DNA of 64,000 bases from a bacterium (lineage in GTDB: Bacteria > UBA8248): contig CBDBZU010000004.1 of assembly GCA_965213625.1 (NCBI GenBank), positions 2,304,001 through 2,368,000 on the forward strand. Reading direction: 5' to 3'. Positions 19,418-32,184 of this stretch are shown here, piece by piece (positions within the stretch are counted from its first letter, which is position 1; the number at the start of each line of letters is the position of its first letter). A program made the position numbers and the translations under genes. The notes beneath the pieces were generated by a model, which saw only the letters and a program-made list of their open reading frames with translations, ran no database searches and had not been told where the DNA came from.

Positions 19418-21673
19418 GTGGAAATGACAGACTATAAAGTCGCGGGCATGGGCCTTACACGAATCGATGCACCTGACAAAGTAGCTGGCAGTGCAAAATA
19501 TGCGGCTGACGTTCCATCGAGCCGTTCACTCATCGGTCTAGTCTTGGGTAGTCCGCATCCGTATGCGAAGGTACTGAGCGTAGATGCAAGTGAGGCGCGC
19601 AAGGTGCCTGGCGTCCGGGCAGTCGTGACGCGAGATGACGCCCCCCGCATTCGATTCGGCGCCAACATCAAAGATCAGAGTTGGTTTGCGCAGGATGGCT
19701 TTGTTCGATATGGCGGAGAACCTGTGGCTGCTGTGGCCGCCGAAGATATGGATGCCGCTCAAGCGGCAATTGAATCGATTCAGGTGGACTATGAAGTTTT
19801 AGAGCCAGTGGTAAACGGCTTGGACAGCCGGGCAGGCGAGGGTCTTGCCGTCCACGAAGATTGGCAAGATTTGGGGCTTGGCCCGAATGCAGACAAAAAC
19901 ATTATCGCCCGATTTGAAAAAGAAATTGGAAATGTCGACGCCGGATACAAAGACGCAGATCGCATTTTTGAGCACACATTTTCTACACCATTCGTACATG
20001 CCGGCTATATTGAGCCTCACGCTTGCGTTGCCGAGGCAGGTGCAGACGGAAAAGTCACAATCTGGACAACCACGCAGGATGCATGGTCCATCCGGGCGGA
20101 CGTGGCTGAGGCGCTTGGCCTCCCGGCAACTCATGTTCGAGTCATTCCTACTGAAATCGGCGGTGGGTTTGGCGCTAAGCTAAAGAGTACTTATGAGCAC
20201 CTAGCCGCTCTTTTGGCTTTGAAAACTGACCAGTCCGTGCGCATGGAGATGACGCGCGAAGAAGATCATATCGGGGTGAATCCGAGACACCCGCATTTCA
20301 TTACGATACGCACAGCGGTGAAGAATGACGGTACGTTTGTCGCTCGGGAGCTTGATGTCACGATGGATCATGGCGCCTATGGCCGAGGCGCACCGTTTCA
20401 ATGCAGTAGCAAGATGCTGATGGGTTCATGCTCGTATCGTATCCCCAACGTTAGGATTCGTGCTTGTACGGTATATACCAATGGCCCCGTTTGTGGTCCC
20501 GTGCGTGCTCCCAGCGGTCCCCAGTACCACTTTGCCACTGAAGTGCAGATGGACATCATCGCGCGCGAGATGGGGATTGACCCACTCGAGATAAGGAGAA
20601 TAAATTCCCTTCGGCCCGGAGATGAGACGCTGGCTGGGAAGGAGCCGGCTCCATCCATGCGTAGTGTGCTTGACTCAACAGCCGTGGAAGGCATGTGGGG
20701 AAAGAAAATTGAGGCTAACGGAGAGCTTGAGGGAGATGGCTGGAAGCTCGGCCGCGGCATTGCTTGCGGATATTGGCCCGGGCCCGGGGAGGCGTCTAGT
20801 TGCACGGTCCGCCTGAATCAAGACGGCACCGTACAAGTGGTAGCGGGAACGGTGAACCTTACGGGTATGAGCACTTCCATATGCCAACTTGCCGCAGAGG
20901 AATTGGGCGTTAGTTTGGATGAAGTGCGGTACACGAACGGAGATACGGATTCGGTTCCCGAATCATCGGCGGCGTCAGGCAGTAAGGCGACGCGCGCGGT
21001 TGGAATGGCAACTTTGAGTGCCGCCCGTGATTTGCGGAACAAAATCTTGAATGTGGCGAGTATAAAACTCGAAGCCGCTGCGGATGATCTGGTTTTGGAA
21101 GATGGACAAGTCAAAGTGGCTTCAGCGCCCGACCGAGCTATGTCTCTTGCACAGGTGGCCAAGGCGGCGCCTGAAATTCAGGGATTTTTAATCGGACAAG
21201 GTGAAAGCGCAAAGCCTCCCCCATGTCCGATACATACCGGACAGGTGGCGGATGTAGCCGTGAATCCGGAGCTTGGTGAGGTCAGGGTTTTGCGCCTTAC
21301 ATGCGTGCAGGACGTGGGATTTGCCATAAACCCATTGTCCGTGGTGGGACAAATTGAAGGCGCCATGCTCCAGGGACTCGGATTGGCCCTCATGGAAGAG
21401 CAGCCCAGGCGCCCGGATGGTAATTTGCACGGCGATACCTTCCATGAATATCTGATACCTACCAGCATGGATATGCCTGAATTGAATGCCGTTTTGTATG
21501 ATAACCCGGCCGAGGGTACGCCCTATGGGATGCGAGGCGTGGGTGAACCGCCCATTGTGGCGACTGCGGCGGCGATTGTGAATGCCATTCAAGACGCTGT
21601 TGGTACACCAGTTTTCTCATTACCTGTTGGCCCGCATCATATTCGAGAGGCTCTGGCTACGAACAGCGTATAA
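19418..21673 (+). CDS. Xanthine dehydrogenase/aldehyde oxidoreductase-family molybdopterin-binding subunit
   Basis: KVAGSAKYAAD, HAGYIEPH, IGGGFGAK, GQIEG, RGVGEPP. Confidence 0.92.
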   Translation: MEMTDYKVAGMGLTRIDAPDKVAGSAKYAADVPSSRSLIGLVLGSPHPYAKVLSVDASEARKVPGVRAVVTRDDAPRIRFGANIKDQSWFAQDGFVRYGGEPVAAVAAEDMDAAQAAIESIQVDYEVLEPVVNGLDSRAGEGLAVHEDWQDLGLGPNADKNIIARFEKEIGNVDAGYKDADRIFEHTFSTPFVHAGYIEPHACVAEAGADGKVTIWTTTQDAWSIRADVAEALGLPATHVRVIPTEIGGGFGAKLKSTYEHLAALLALKTDQSVRMEMTREEDHIGVNPRHPHFITIRTAVKNDGTFVARELDVTMDHGAYGRGAPFQCSSKMLMGSCSYRIPNVRIRACTVYTNGPVCGPVRAPSGPQYHFATEVQMDIIAREMGIDPLEIRRINSLRPGDETLAGKEPAPSMRSVLDSTAVEGMWGKKIEANGELEGDGWKLGRGIACGYWPGPGEASSCTVRLNQDGTVQVVAGTVNLTGMSTSICQLAAEELGVSLDEVRYTNGDTDSVPESSAASGSKATRAVGMATLSAARDLRNKILNVASIKLEAAADDLVLEDGQVKVASAPDRAMSLAQVAKAAPEIQGFLIGQGESAKPPPCPIHTGQVADVAVNPELGEVRVLRLTCVQDVGFAINPLSVVGQIEGAMLQGLGLALMEEQPRRPDGNLHGDTFHEYLIPTSMDMPELNAVLYDNPAEGTPYGMRGVGEPPIVATAAAIVNAIQDAVGTPVFSLPVGPHHIREALATNSV

Positions 21674-21704
21674 ATCACACCCGACACTTTTCAAGGAGAA
21701 TCCA

Positions 21705-22370
21705 ATGCCTGTGGACGAAGGAACAAGTTTGCCGGATAGTTTGGGCGTGACCGATGAGATGATGGCATGTCCTTTACCAAGGTTGCCTTTCGTCGATCCT
21801 GACAATGTTCCCGACGAACTCAAGGAAGAACTCGCTCCGCTCTACGATTGGTCGAAACGGATGTGGGGCACTGTCCCACGCTTTTTACAGCTTTTGGGAA
21901 ATTCACCCCCTACTGTGGAAGGATGGATGTTGCTCGACCAGAAGCTCCGTACGAATCGATTAAAAACGGAGTCCGATTACATTCGACTCATGGAACTGGT
22001 CATCGTCAAAACGGCCATTTTGACAGAGTGCAACAACTGAATCGGGCACAATGTGGAGCTCGGTCGAGCTCTGGGTCTTACGCAGGATCAAATCAACATG
22101 TTGGAAGGCGATGATTGGAATGAAAGTGATTTGTTCGATGACAAGGAGAAAGCCGTTATCCGTTGGGCGGATGAAGTATCGAAGTTCAGGGCGAAGAATA
22201 ATGACTTCGCATTCAATGAGATGAAAAAATATTTCTCCAATCGGCAGATCGTGGAACTCACTTTTATTTGTGGGATGTGGCATCTTTCGGGAAGACTGGC
22301 CGAGGCGCTCCACCTGGTTGTGGAACCACCGGGAGGGCGCATCGAATTTCAGGCAGAAGACATGGCGTAA
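21705..22370 (+). CDS. AhpD/carboxymuconolactone decarboxylase-like selenoprotein (CxxU), 221 aa with UGA read-through
   Basis: RBS AAGGAG before ATG 21705. In-frame TGA at 22038-22040 in ELVIVKTAILTE-C-N-N-U-IGH. The frame continues with a CMD-like C-terminus (EKAVIRWADEV, QIVELT). Hairpin follows the TGA. Confidence 0.85.
22056..22071 (+). promoter_or_regulatory. Putative bacterial SECIS hairpin
   Basis: GAGCTC-GGTC-GAGCTC; the G-starting loop is 21 nt after the TGA. Confidence 0.7.
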
Positions 22371-22605
22371 ACACAAGCTTCATCGCCAAATACATTTGTT
22401 GAGCGATCCTTGCGTTGTGTCGTTTTGGCTTAATGTACGCGTGCGCATACAAATCATGTCCAACATTTGCTCATCTGAAATTCATCTTTCCGGCTTCCAT
22501 TTTCGTTTTTTCGACTAACTATTTCATCCGCCCATGATATGAAACATGTTTTGAACAATGCATTTTTATCGGTTGAAAAATAAGGATATATACATAAAAA
22601 AAGAA

Positions 22606-22633
22606 TTGCTTTTTTTGAAGATTTTTGTATACT
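22606..22633 (+). promoter_or_regulatory. Putative sigma70 promoter
   Basis: TTGCTT-16nt-TATACT with an A-rich UP-like tract upstream. Confidence 0.55.
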
Positions 22634-22691
22634 CCCCCGCTTTGTGATGTCGCCTGAATCAAACCCAGGCTAATTCGTTTCGAGCCGCCCA

Positions 22692-22874
22692 ATGAATGAG
22701 GAAGAAATGCTCGAGTTCAATGAAAGTGTTGCTGTCTTGGATCAAGAGTTTTTCGCTGAGTCTGGCGATGTTTTGCCAACGGATGTGGACTATGATGTGT
22801 CTGATGACGGTGCAAGTGACGATTTCTCCTTTTTAAGTGACGGCGAAGGAGGCAATGCTCCTGCTGCTTATTAG
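22692..22874 (+). CDS. Small, very acidic peptide (60 aa, or 55 aa from ATG 22707)
   Basis: 18 D/E and no K/R/H in 60 aa; GAGG precedes ATG 22707; flanked by a promoter and a terminator. Confidence 0.55.
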   Translation: MNEEEMLEFNESVAVLDQEFFAESGDVLPTDVDYDVSDDGASDDFSFLSDGEGGNAPAAY

Positions 22875-22898
22875 CATCCAACAGGAGAAAATGATTCA

Positions 22899-22931
22899 GC
22901 GCCCGGTAGAGATTTCAGCCGGGCGTTTTTT
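22899..22931 (+). terminator. Rho-independent terminator
   Basis: GCGCCCGG...CCGGGCGT followed by a T-run. Confidence 0.75.
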
Positions 22932-22986
22932 GTCCTGAAATATCTGTAATATGGAATTTACTTCATAACTATTGGAAGAAATTGTG

Positions 22987-23832
22987 ATGGCGACAGACGA
23001 ACTGACGATTCATCATGAAGACTTGCGTGGCCGCATTCTCTCAGCGGATTCGATGACCTATTTTGACGAAAGGGTTGGAGAATGGGACGTTCTCATTGGA
23101 GGCTCTTACGCCGCACGCATGACGATGGCGTGGGCAATGCGCCTGGGTGCGAGGGCAATCATTGCCCATGCGGCAGGAGTAGGGAAGGATGATGCAGGGA
23201 TAAGCGGTCTCCGGTTGGCCCAGGAATATCATGTCCCTGCATTGGCATGTGAGACAATGTCCGCAAGACTCGCCGTTGGAGTATCCGTTTATGAAGGCGA
23301 AGTCGGCCATGCGAATCAAGTGGCCCAAAGTCTCGGTGTTGAAATCGGTCAATCCATTGCTGAAGCTTCGAAAATTTTGCTCGATGCCGATGTGGGCCGG
23401 GAAGTGATTGTGGAGGAAAGCCTGGATGATAGAATTTATGAGCTAGAGCATTTGCCTGATGGTAATATACGCGCTTCATGGGGAATTCCCGTCCTGCGTT
23501 CTATCCAGGAACCAAGGCCCCAAGATGTTTTTATCCAAGCCTCGCATTGCGGACTCACTCTCGTACCGCATGTCATGAAGCTTAATTTAAAGGGTGTTAT
23601 TGCCAATGATGCAGGACGGGGGAAAGATGACTCCGGCACCGCATCTTTCCCCTACCTGGCGCGGGAGGGGATTGCGGTGGCGGCGGTCGGAGCCATGAGC
23701 GCGCGCATAGGTGATGTGATGAGCACCTGGCAGGAAGGCGTTATTTCATGCATGAACGAAGTAGCCGAAAAGCGTGGAGTGCGAGGAGGCATGAAGACGC
23801 GAGAGGCTGCTCTCGTCATGCTAAATGGTTAG
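22987..23832 (+). CDS. Conserved hypothetical protein with two similar domains
   Basis: Internal duplication: HAAGVGKDDAGI..MSARLA..NQVAQSLGV vs NDAGRGKDDSGT..MSARIGD..NEVAEKRGV. Confidence 0.75.
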   Translation: MATDELTIHHEDLRGRILSADSMTYFDERVGEWDVLIGGSYAARMTMAWAMRLGARAIIAHAAGVGKDDAGISGLRLAQEYHVPALACETMSARLAVGVSVYEGEVGHANQVAQSLGVEIGQSIAEASKILLDADVGREVIVEESLDDRIYELEHLPDGNIRASWGIPVLRSIQEPRPQDVFIQASHCGLTLVPHVMKLNLKGVIANDAGRGKDDSGTASFPYLAREGIAVAAVGAMSARIGDVMSTWQEGVISCMNEVAEKRGVRGGMKTREAALVMLNG

Positions 23833-23852
23833 GGTTTTATTCGAAATTGTCC

Positions 23853-23928
23853 TGGTGGAGGTGAGGGGATTCGAACCCCTGACCTCGTGGGTGCGATCCA
23901 CGCGCTCTCCCATCTGAGCTACACCCCC
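23853..23928 (-). tRNA. tRNA-Ala (anticodon CGC)
   Basis: 76-nt cloverleaf GGGGGTGTAGCTCAGATGGGAGAGCG-CGTGG-ATCGCAC-CCACG-AGGTCAGGGGTTCGAATCCCCTCACCTCCACCA; G3:U70 pair; encoded CCA. Confidence 0.97.
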
Positions 23929-23941
23929 ACAAAGGAACTTG

Positions 23942-23970
23942 AAGGTAGGCGAAGGAGCTTCGGGTGTCAA
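23942..23970 (-). promoter_or_regulatory. Putative sigma70 promoter of tRNA-Ala
   Basis: Minus strand TTGACA-17nt-TACCTT just upstream of the tRNA. Confidence 0.7.
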
Positions 23971-23980
23971 GTGAAATAGG

Positions 23981-24375
23981 GAGAGCCGGTGAAGTGCTCC
24001 CCCTAGGAGACTTCACCGGCTCTCGACCTGCCGCAGAGTCCGCCCGTTTCCCCCGCAGCAGGGAATCATATTCGAATTAGTGGGAGCCAAGGACTCAACC
24101 ACCGAGGTGTATTGTCCCCGGCTCCCGATCCTGCTGCAGAGTCCGCCCGTTTCCCCCGCAGCAGGGAATCATATTCGAATTAGTGGGAGCCAAGGACTCA
24201 ACCACCGAGGTGTATTGTCCCCGGCTCCCGATCCTGCTGCAGAGTCCGCCCGTTTCCCCCGCAGCAAGAGAATCTATTAAAAATCCGTTTTGGTGAGAGT
24301 CGGGGGACAACCCTCCGAGGATTCTCCCCCGACTCTCGTCCCGTCGCAGAGTCCGCCCGTTTCCCCCACGACGGG
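23981..24375 (-). ncRNA. Tandem array of four two-hairpin structured units (candidate ncRNA array)
   Basis: Invariant core GCAGAGTCCGCCCGTTTCCCCC (+) at 24033, 24136, 24239 and 24346 (spacing 103/103/107). Flanking stems covary; G-U pairs favour the minus strand. Confidence 0.7.
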
Positions 24376-24384
24376 TAAATTAGT

Positions 24385-27300
24385 TCAAGAACATCCACTC
24401 GTCGCGCCACATGTCATACATTTGAGGCACGTGCCGTTTCGCACTAAAGTGAACAAACCACAATCGCTGCATGCTTCACCCTCATACCCTTTTGCCCGCG
24501 CTTCTTCGATACGTGAATCGAGGGTGGAACTTGCTTCTGTTAAGGGTGTCATCGAAGTTTGGGTGGATTCTTTTTCATAATTCAAACTTATACGGTCGCT
24601 GCGCGGTGCGCTCGCATCCGGTCCCGGGAATACGGTTTGAATTTCATCTTTTTCCTCAGTGTCGAATTCCGGGATCTCATCTTGGGGACGCCCAATGGTG
24701 TCACTTCTCAAATCCTCCGACACGACTTGCGCAAGGTCGTGGCGTCCGAGATATGAAACTGCCAGTTCACGGAAGATGTAATCGATGATGGATGTGCTCA
24801 TCTTGATGTGGGGGTTACCGGAGACCATTCCCCCGGGCTCGAAGCGTGTGAAGACGAAGGCATCCACGAATTCGTCCAACGGAACGCCGTGCTGGAGCCC
24901 CAGCGAAATCGCGATGGCGAAACAGTTCATGAGGCTTCTGAAGGCAGCGCCTTCTTTGTGCATATCTATGAAAATTTCGCCGATAGAGCCGTCCTCGTAC
25001 TCACCGGTTCTAAGATACACTTTGTGTCCACCGATAACGGCTTTTTGCGTGTATCCGCCACGGCGGGTAGGTAACTTGCGTCTTCTGGATTGGTAAATGA
25101 TCCGGCGCACAATCTGCTGAGCAACGTGCACGGGAGCACTTTGGGAAGCTGGTTCTTCTTCACCGATATCACTGAAGAGTTCCGCTTCACTTTGCGCGGA
25201 AAGTGGTTGGCTTAGTTTCGAGCCATCGCGGTAAATCGCAATTGCTTTGGTCATTCGCAGCCATGACTCATGGTAGATGTCCAAAATGTCTTGAATTGTT
25301 GATTCCGCAGGCATGTTGATGGTTTTGCTGATGGCGCCTGATATGAAAGGCTGCGCCGCCGCCATCATGCGAACGTGCGCCATCGGGCTGATGAAGCGCT
25401 TGCCTTCTCGCCCGCATTTGCTCGCGCAATCAAAAACGGCTAGATGCTCTTCTTTCAGGTGGGGGGCGCCCTCAAGCGTCATTTTCCCGCAAACATAATC
25501 ATTCGCTTCGCTGATTTGCTCTGGAGTGAAACCAATGGCTTCGAGCAAATTCAGGTTCCAGTCGGCTATTTGCGCTTCATTAAGATTCAATTGTTCACGA
25601 CAGAAGTCTTCACCAAGGGAGTATTTGTTAAATGCGAACTGGATTTCAAACGCCCCTTCAAGTGCGGCTTCCACCTTTTCGAGGGCTTTGCTGGTAAACC
25701 CTTTTGCATGTAGAGATTCTGGATTGATATGAGGCGCATTCGTGAGGGTGCCCCGCCCTCTGCAATAGGCGACGATTTCGCGGATTTCTTCATCGTCATA
25801 GCCCAGGTGCCGCAAGGCAAGAGGAACGGACTGGTTGATGATCTTGAAATAACCGCCTCCGGCCAGTTTTTTGAATTTCACCAATGCAAAATCTGGCTCG
25901 ATTCCCGTTGTGTCGCAATCCATTACCAGGCCAATAGTGCCTGTTGGCGCGATGACAGTGGCTTGCGCATTCCGGTAGCCGTTTCGATAGCCAATGGCCA
26001 ACGCGTCATCCCACGCTTCACGCGCCGCTTGGAGAAGATAATCGGGGCAGATTTCCCCAGCAATTCCTTTAGGCGCCTTCGAGAGCATTTCGTATTCTGT
26101 TTCAGGCACTGAATAAGCTGCGCGGCGATGGTTTCTCAATACCCGCAGCATATGTTCCTGGTTGTCCTGATACCTGACGAAAGCTCCCAGTTCTCCTGCC
26201 ATTTCGGCACTTGTAGCGTACGAGCAGCCCGTCATGATAGACGTGAGAGCGCCGCACCACGCTTCCGCTTCCGGAGAATCGTAAGGGATGCCGAGAACCA
26301 TGAGCGCAGTGCCGAGATTGGCGTATCCAATTCCCAAGGTACGATACTCAAATGAGCGTTTGGCTATTTCGGGGCTGGGGAATTGCGCCATGAGCACCGA
26401 AATTTCAAGGACAACCGTCAGCAGGCGAATCACATGGCGATAGTCTTCTATCTGGAAATGATTCTGTTCTGTATCCAGGAATTTCATGAGATTCATCGAC
26501 GCCAGATTGCATGCGGTGTCATCCAGGAACATGTATTCCGAGCAGGGATTAGAACCATTGATACGTCCATCAGTGGAGCACGTGTGCCAATCGTTGATGG
26601 TCGTGTCGAATTGAAGGCCAGGGTCTGCGCAACACCACGCCGCATATCCAATCTGATCCCAAAGTTCTTTCGAACTGACGGAGTCGGCGATTTCACCATC
26701 GGTGCGTCGAATCAAGTTCCAATCCGTATTTTTTTCGGTGGCATTCATGAAATCATCTGAAATACGTATCGAATTGTTCGAGTTTTGCCCGGACACCGAA
26801 GTGTAGGCCTCGCCTTCCCAATTCGTGTCGAATTCCTCGAACTCGATCTCGGTGATGCCTTGCTGCGCGAGTTGAAGGGTTCGATGAATGTAATTATCCG
26901 GAACACCGGCGAGCCTTGCGGCGCGTATTGCTTTGACGAGCGATGGGTTCTTGTCCGGCTGATGGAGGTTGCCGTTGAGGCCTAGGTTCTTTCCTTCCAG
27001 GCAAGCCGCGAGAATGGCGTTCATGTGCCGGCTGCACATCTTGCTGCCCGATACCAGGGCGGCCACTTTCTGTTCTTCATGCACCTTCCAGTTAATGAAT
27101 TCCTCGATGTCGGGATGATCGATGTTTAACGTGACCATTTTCGCCGCGCGTCGCGTCGTGCCGCCCGACTTGATGGCGCCCGCTGCGCGGTCCCCAATCT
27201 TAAGGAAACTCATCAGGCCGGAACTTCTTCCGCCACCCGAAAGCGACTCCCCTTCCGCCCTCAAGCTCGCGAAATTCGTACCGGTACCTGAGCCGTATTT

Positions 27301-27975
27301 GAAGATGCGCGCCTCGCGCGTCCATAAATCCATGATCCCGCCCTCGTTGACGAGATCATCTTTTACAGATTGGATGAAGCACGCGTGCGGCTGGGGACGT
27401 TCATAGGCGTTGGTGGAGCGGAGGATTTCTCCGGTTTCCGGGTCGCAATAGAAATGGCCCTGAGCGGGACGCGTAATGCCGTAAGCCCAGTGGAGGCCGG
27501 TATTGAACCACTGCGGCGAGTTGGGAGCCGCCATCTGGCTCGCAAGAATGTATAGAAGCTCATCATAGAACGCCTTGGCGTCCTCTTCCGAATGAAAATA
27601 GCCGTGCTTCCAGCCCCAATACGTCCAGCATCCCGCCAGGCGATGGAAAACGTCCCGTGCGTCTCGCTCGCTGCCGTATTTCTCGTCCTCTGGGAGGGAT
27701 TCGAGTTTTTCCGTGTCCGGCTCCGAACATTGCAGCCACTCGGGTACGCCTTCTTCGGGAATTTTTTTCAGATGGGTGGGGACGCCGGCTTTACGAAAAT
27801 ATTTTTGCGCCAGAATGTCGACGGCCACCTGAGACCAGTTCTCCGGCGCCATGATATCCTTCGCTTCGAAGACGACCGAGCCGTCCGGGTTGACGATGCG
27901 AGAGGTGCGCGGCGCGAAACCGACCTCGCCGTACGTGTCATCTCCGGCCCGGGTGAAACGCCTCGTAAACTCCAC
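24385..27975 (-). CDS. nrdJ: Class II (adenosylcobalamin-dependent) ribonucleotide reductase
   Basis: [39 protein letters not shown]-type C-domain and terminal CxxC..CxxC..GCS; RBS AAGGAG. Confidence 0.96.
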   Translation of the reverse strand: MEFTRRFTRAGDDTYGEVGFAPRTSRIVNPDGSVVFEAKDIMAPENWSQVAVDILAQKYFRKAGVPTHLKKIPEEGVPEWLQCSEPDTEKLESLPEDEKYGSERDARDVFHRLAGCWTYWGWKHGYFHSEEDAKAFYDELLYILASQMAAPNSPQWFNTGLHWAYGITRPAQGHFYCDPETGEILRSTNAYERPQPHACFIQSVKDDLVNEGGIMDLWTREARIFKYGSGTGTNFASLRAEGESLSGGGRSSGLMSFLKIGDRAAGAIKSGGTTRRAAKMVTLNIDHPDIEEFINWKVHEEQKVAALVSGSKMCSRHMNAILAACLEGKNLGLNGNLHQPDKNPSLVKAIRAARLAGVPDNYIHRTLQLAQQGITEIEFEEFDTNWEGEAYTSVSGQNSNNSIRISDDFMNATEKNTDWNLIRRTDGEIADSVSSKELWDQIGYAAWCCADPGLQFDTTINDWHTCSTDGRINGSNPCSEYMFLDDTACNLASMNLMKFLDTEQNHFQIEDYRHVIRLLTVVLEISVLMAQFPSPEIAKRSFEYRTLGIGYANLGTALMVLGIPYDSPEAEAWCGALTSIMTGCSYATSAEMAGELGAFVRYQDNQEHMLRVLRNHRRAAYSVPETEYEMLSKAPKGIAGEICPDYLLQAAREAWDDALAIGYRNGYRNAQATVIAPTGTIGLVMDCDTTGIEPDFALVKFKKLAGGGYFKIINQSVPLALRHLGYDDEEIREIVAYCRGRGTLTNAPHINPESLHAKGFTSKALEKVEAALEGAFEIQFAFNKYSLGEDFCREQLNLNEAQIADWNLNLLEAIGFTPEQISEANDYVCGKMTLEGAPHLKEEHLAVFDCASKCGREGKRFISPMAHVRMMAAAQPFISGAISKTINMPAESTIQDILDIYHESWLRMTKAIAIYRDGSKLSQPLSAQSEAELFSDIGEEEPASQSAPVHVAQQIVRRIIYQSRRRKLPTRRGGYTQKAVIGGHKVYLRTGEYEDGSIGEIFIDMHKEGAAFRSLMNCFAIAISLGLQHGVPLDEFVDAFVFTRFEPGGMVSGNPHIKMSTSIIDYIFRELAVSYLGRHDLAQVVSEDLRSDTIGRPQDEIPEFDTEEKDEIQTVFPGPDASAPRSDRISLNYEKESTQTSMTPLTEASSTLDSRIEEARAKGYEGEACSDCGLFTLVRNGTCLKCMTCGATSGCS

Positions 27976-28012
27976 TCCCTGTCTCCTTCGTTCTGGGCGT
28001 CCCGCTGTGCCG

Positions 28013-28061
28013 GGGACATATTTAGTATGCCGAAATCAAACCGCAACACTAAATGTAGTAT
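28013..28061. promoter_or_regulatory. Tandem NrdR boxes upstream of nrdJ
   Basis: GGGACATATTTAGTAT (28013) and ACACTAAATGTAGTAT (28046) resemble the acaCwAtATaTwGtgt consensus, 33 bp apart; minus-strand TTGACA at 28076-28081. Confidence 0.75.
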
Positions 28062-28357
28062 GCTTTGTCCCCGTCTGTCAATACTTTAAAATCGGATATA
28101 CACAAAATATATGAACTTACCCACACCTTATCCCCAAATGTTGTGCTTTCATGTGGATAAGCGGCGCAAGGAGGATAATGAGGGCCGAAACACCGCCCCG
28201 ATCCGCACCTGCAGCCTCGTTATCCGGGGCGGCGGCGCGCCCGAAGGGGTGCGCGGGAGCACCCGAATCACGGTAACGTGGCCGACATTCAGGGGTGTCT
28301 CCATCGCGAAAAATCACCCGCAAACATGCCCCGGATGTGCCCGGAAAAACACAGGAA

Positions 28358-28396
28358 ATTTATCGAATAACCCCGTGAATTTATCTATATTTATCG
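28358..28396. repeat. Second (inverted) copy of the 39-bp element at 10723-10761
   Basis: ATTTATCGAATAACCCCGTGAATTTATCTATATTTATCG. Confidence 0.75.
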
Positions 28397-28639
28397 TATT
28401 TTTCAGAATTGATTGGCTCTGGTTCGCCGTCCCGATTCCGCGCTGATGACTCCACACTCCCGGATATTCTGATTGCGCGAAAAGAGATTCTTCAAACGAG
28501 CCGACCTCCCTGTCGCGCGACCCGCGGTTTCAAGAGCGAAGACAGCGCGTCGAGCAGGGGTATGGTGCACCACCGCAGAATCCGCACTTGCGGGGAAATG
28601 CGCGCTTCCCGGCTGAGGCGGGTCTCATCGGCTCGCTCA

Positions 28640-28713
28640 ACGAAGGGCAGCCTGCGCTCATCCACCGCGCGCATCGACAGTCGGCGAATCACGTCGCAGA
28701 CGGAGTGGCCCAT
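28640..28713 (-). pseudogene. Degenerate fragment of a dinJ/relB antitoxin gene
   Basis: MGHSVCDVIRRLSMRAVDERRLPFV aligns with MGLSVSDAIRLLMMRVAEERRLPFV of the antitoxin at 36125-36382; the DNA is also similar. Confidence 0.7.
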
Positions 28714-28719
28714 GCCCCC

Positions 28720-32184
<3,465 letters not shown>

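Noticed and set aside
21582-22370. Nonsense pseudogenes or two separate genes at the TGA-split loci (also 50860-51429)
   Set aside because: In both cases the TGA falls on a redox Cys position and is followed by an equally spaced hairpin, so Sec read-through is more parsimonious.
12960-23853. Integrase-driven island at the 3' end of tRNA-Ala
   Set aside because: No integrase and no convincing duplicate of the tRNA 3' end was found (only a 7-nt TGGTGGA near 332), and the lower-GC composition continues past the tRNA.
24033-24367. CRISPR array (four regularly spaced ~22-28-bp repeats)
   Set aside because: The intervening segments are ~75-85 nt, two are identical, all fold into homologous hairpins, and there are no cas genes. 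Better explained as tandem structured units.
27976-28450. Cobalamin riboswitch upstream of nrdJ
   Set aside because: No B12-box or other conserved core was recognised; NrdR boxes and a promoter explain the proximal region.
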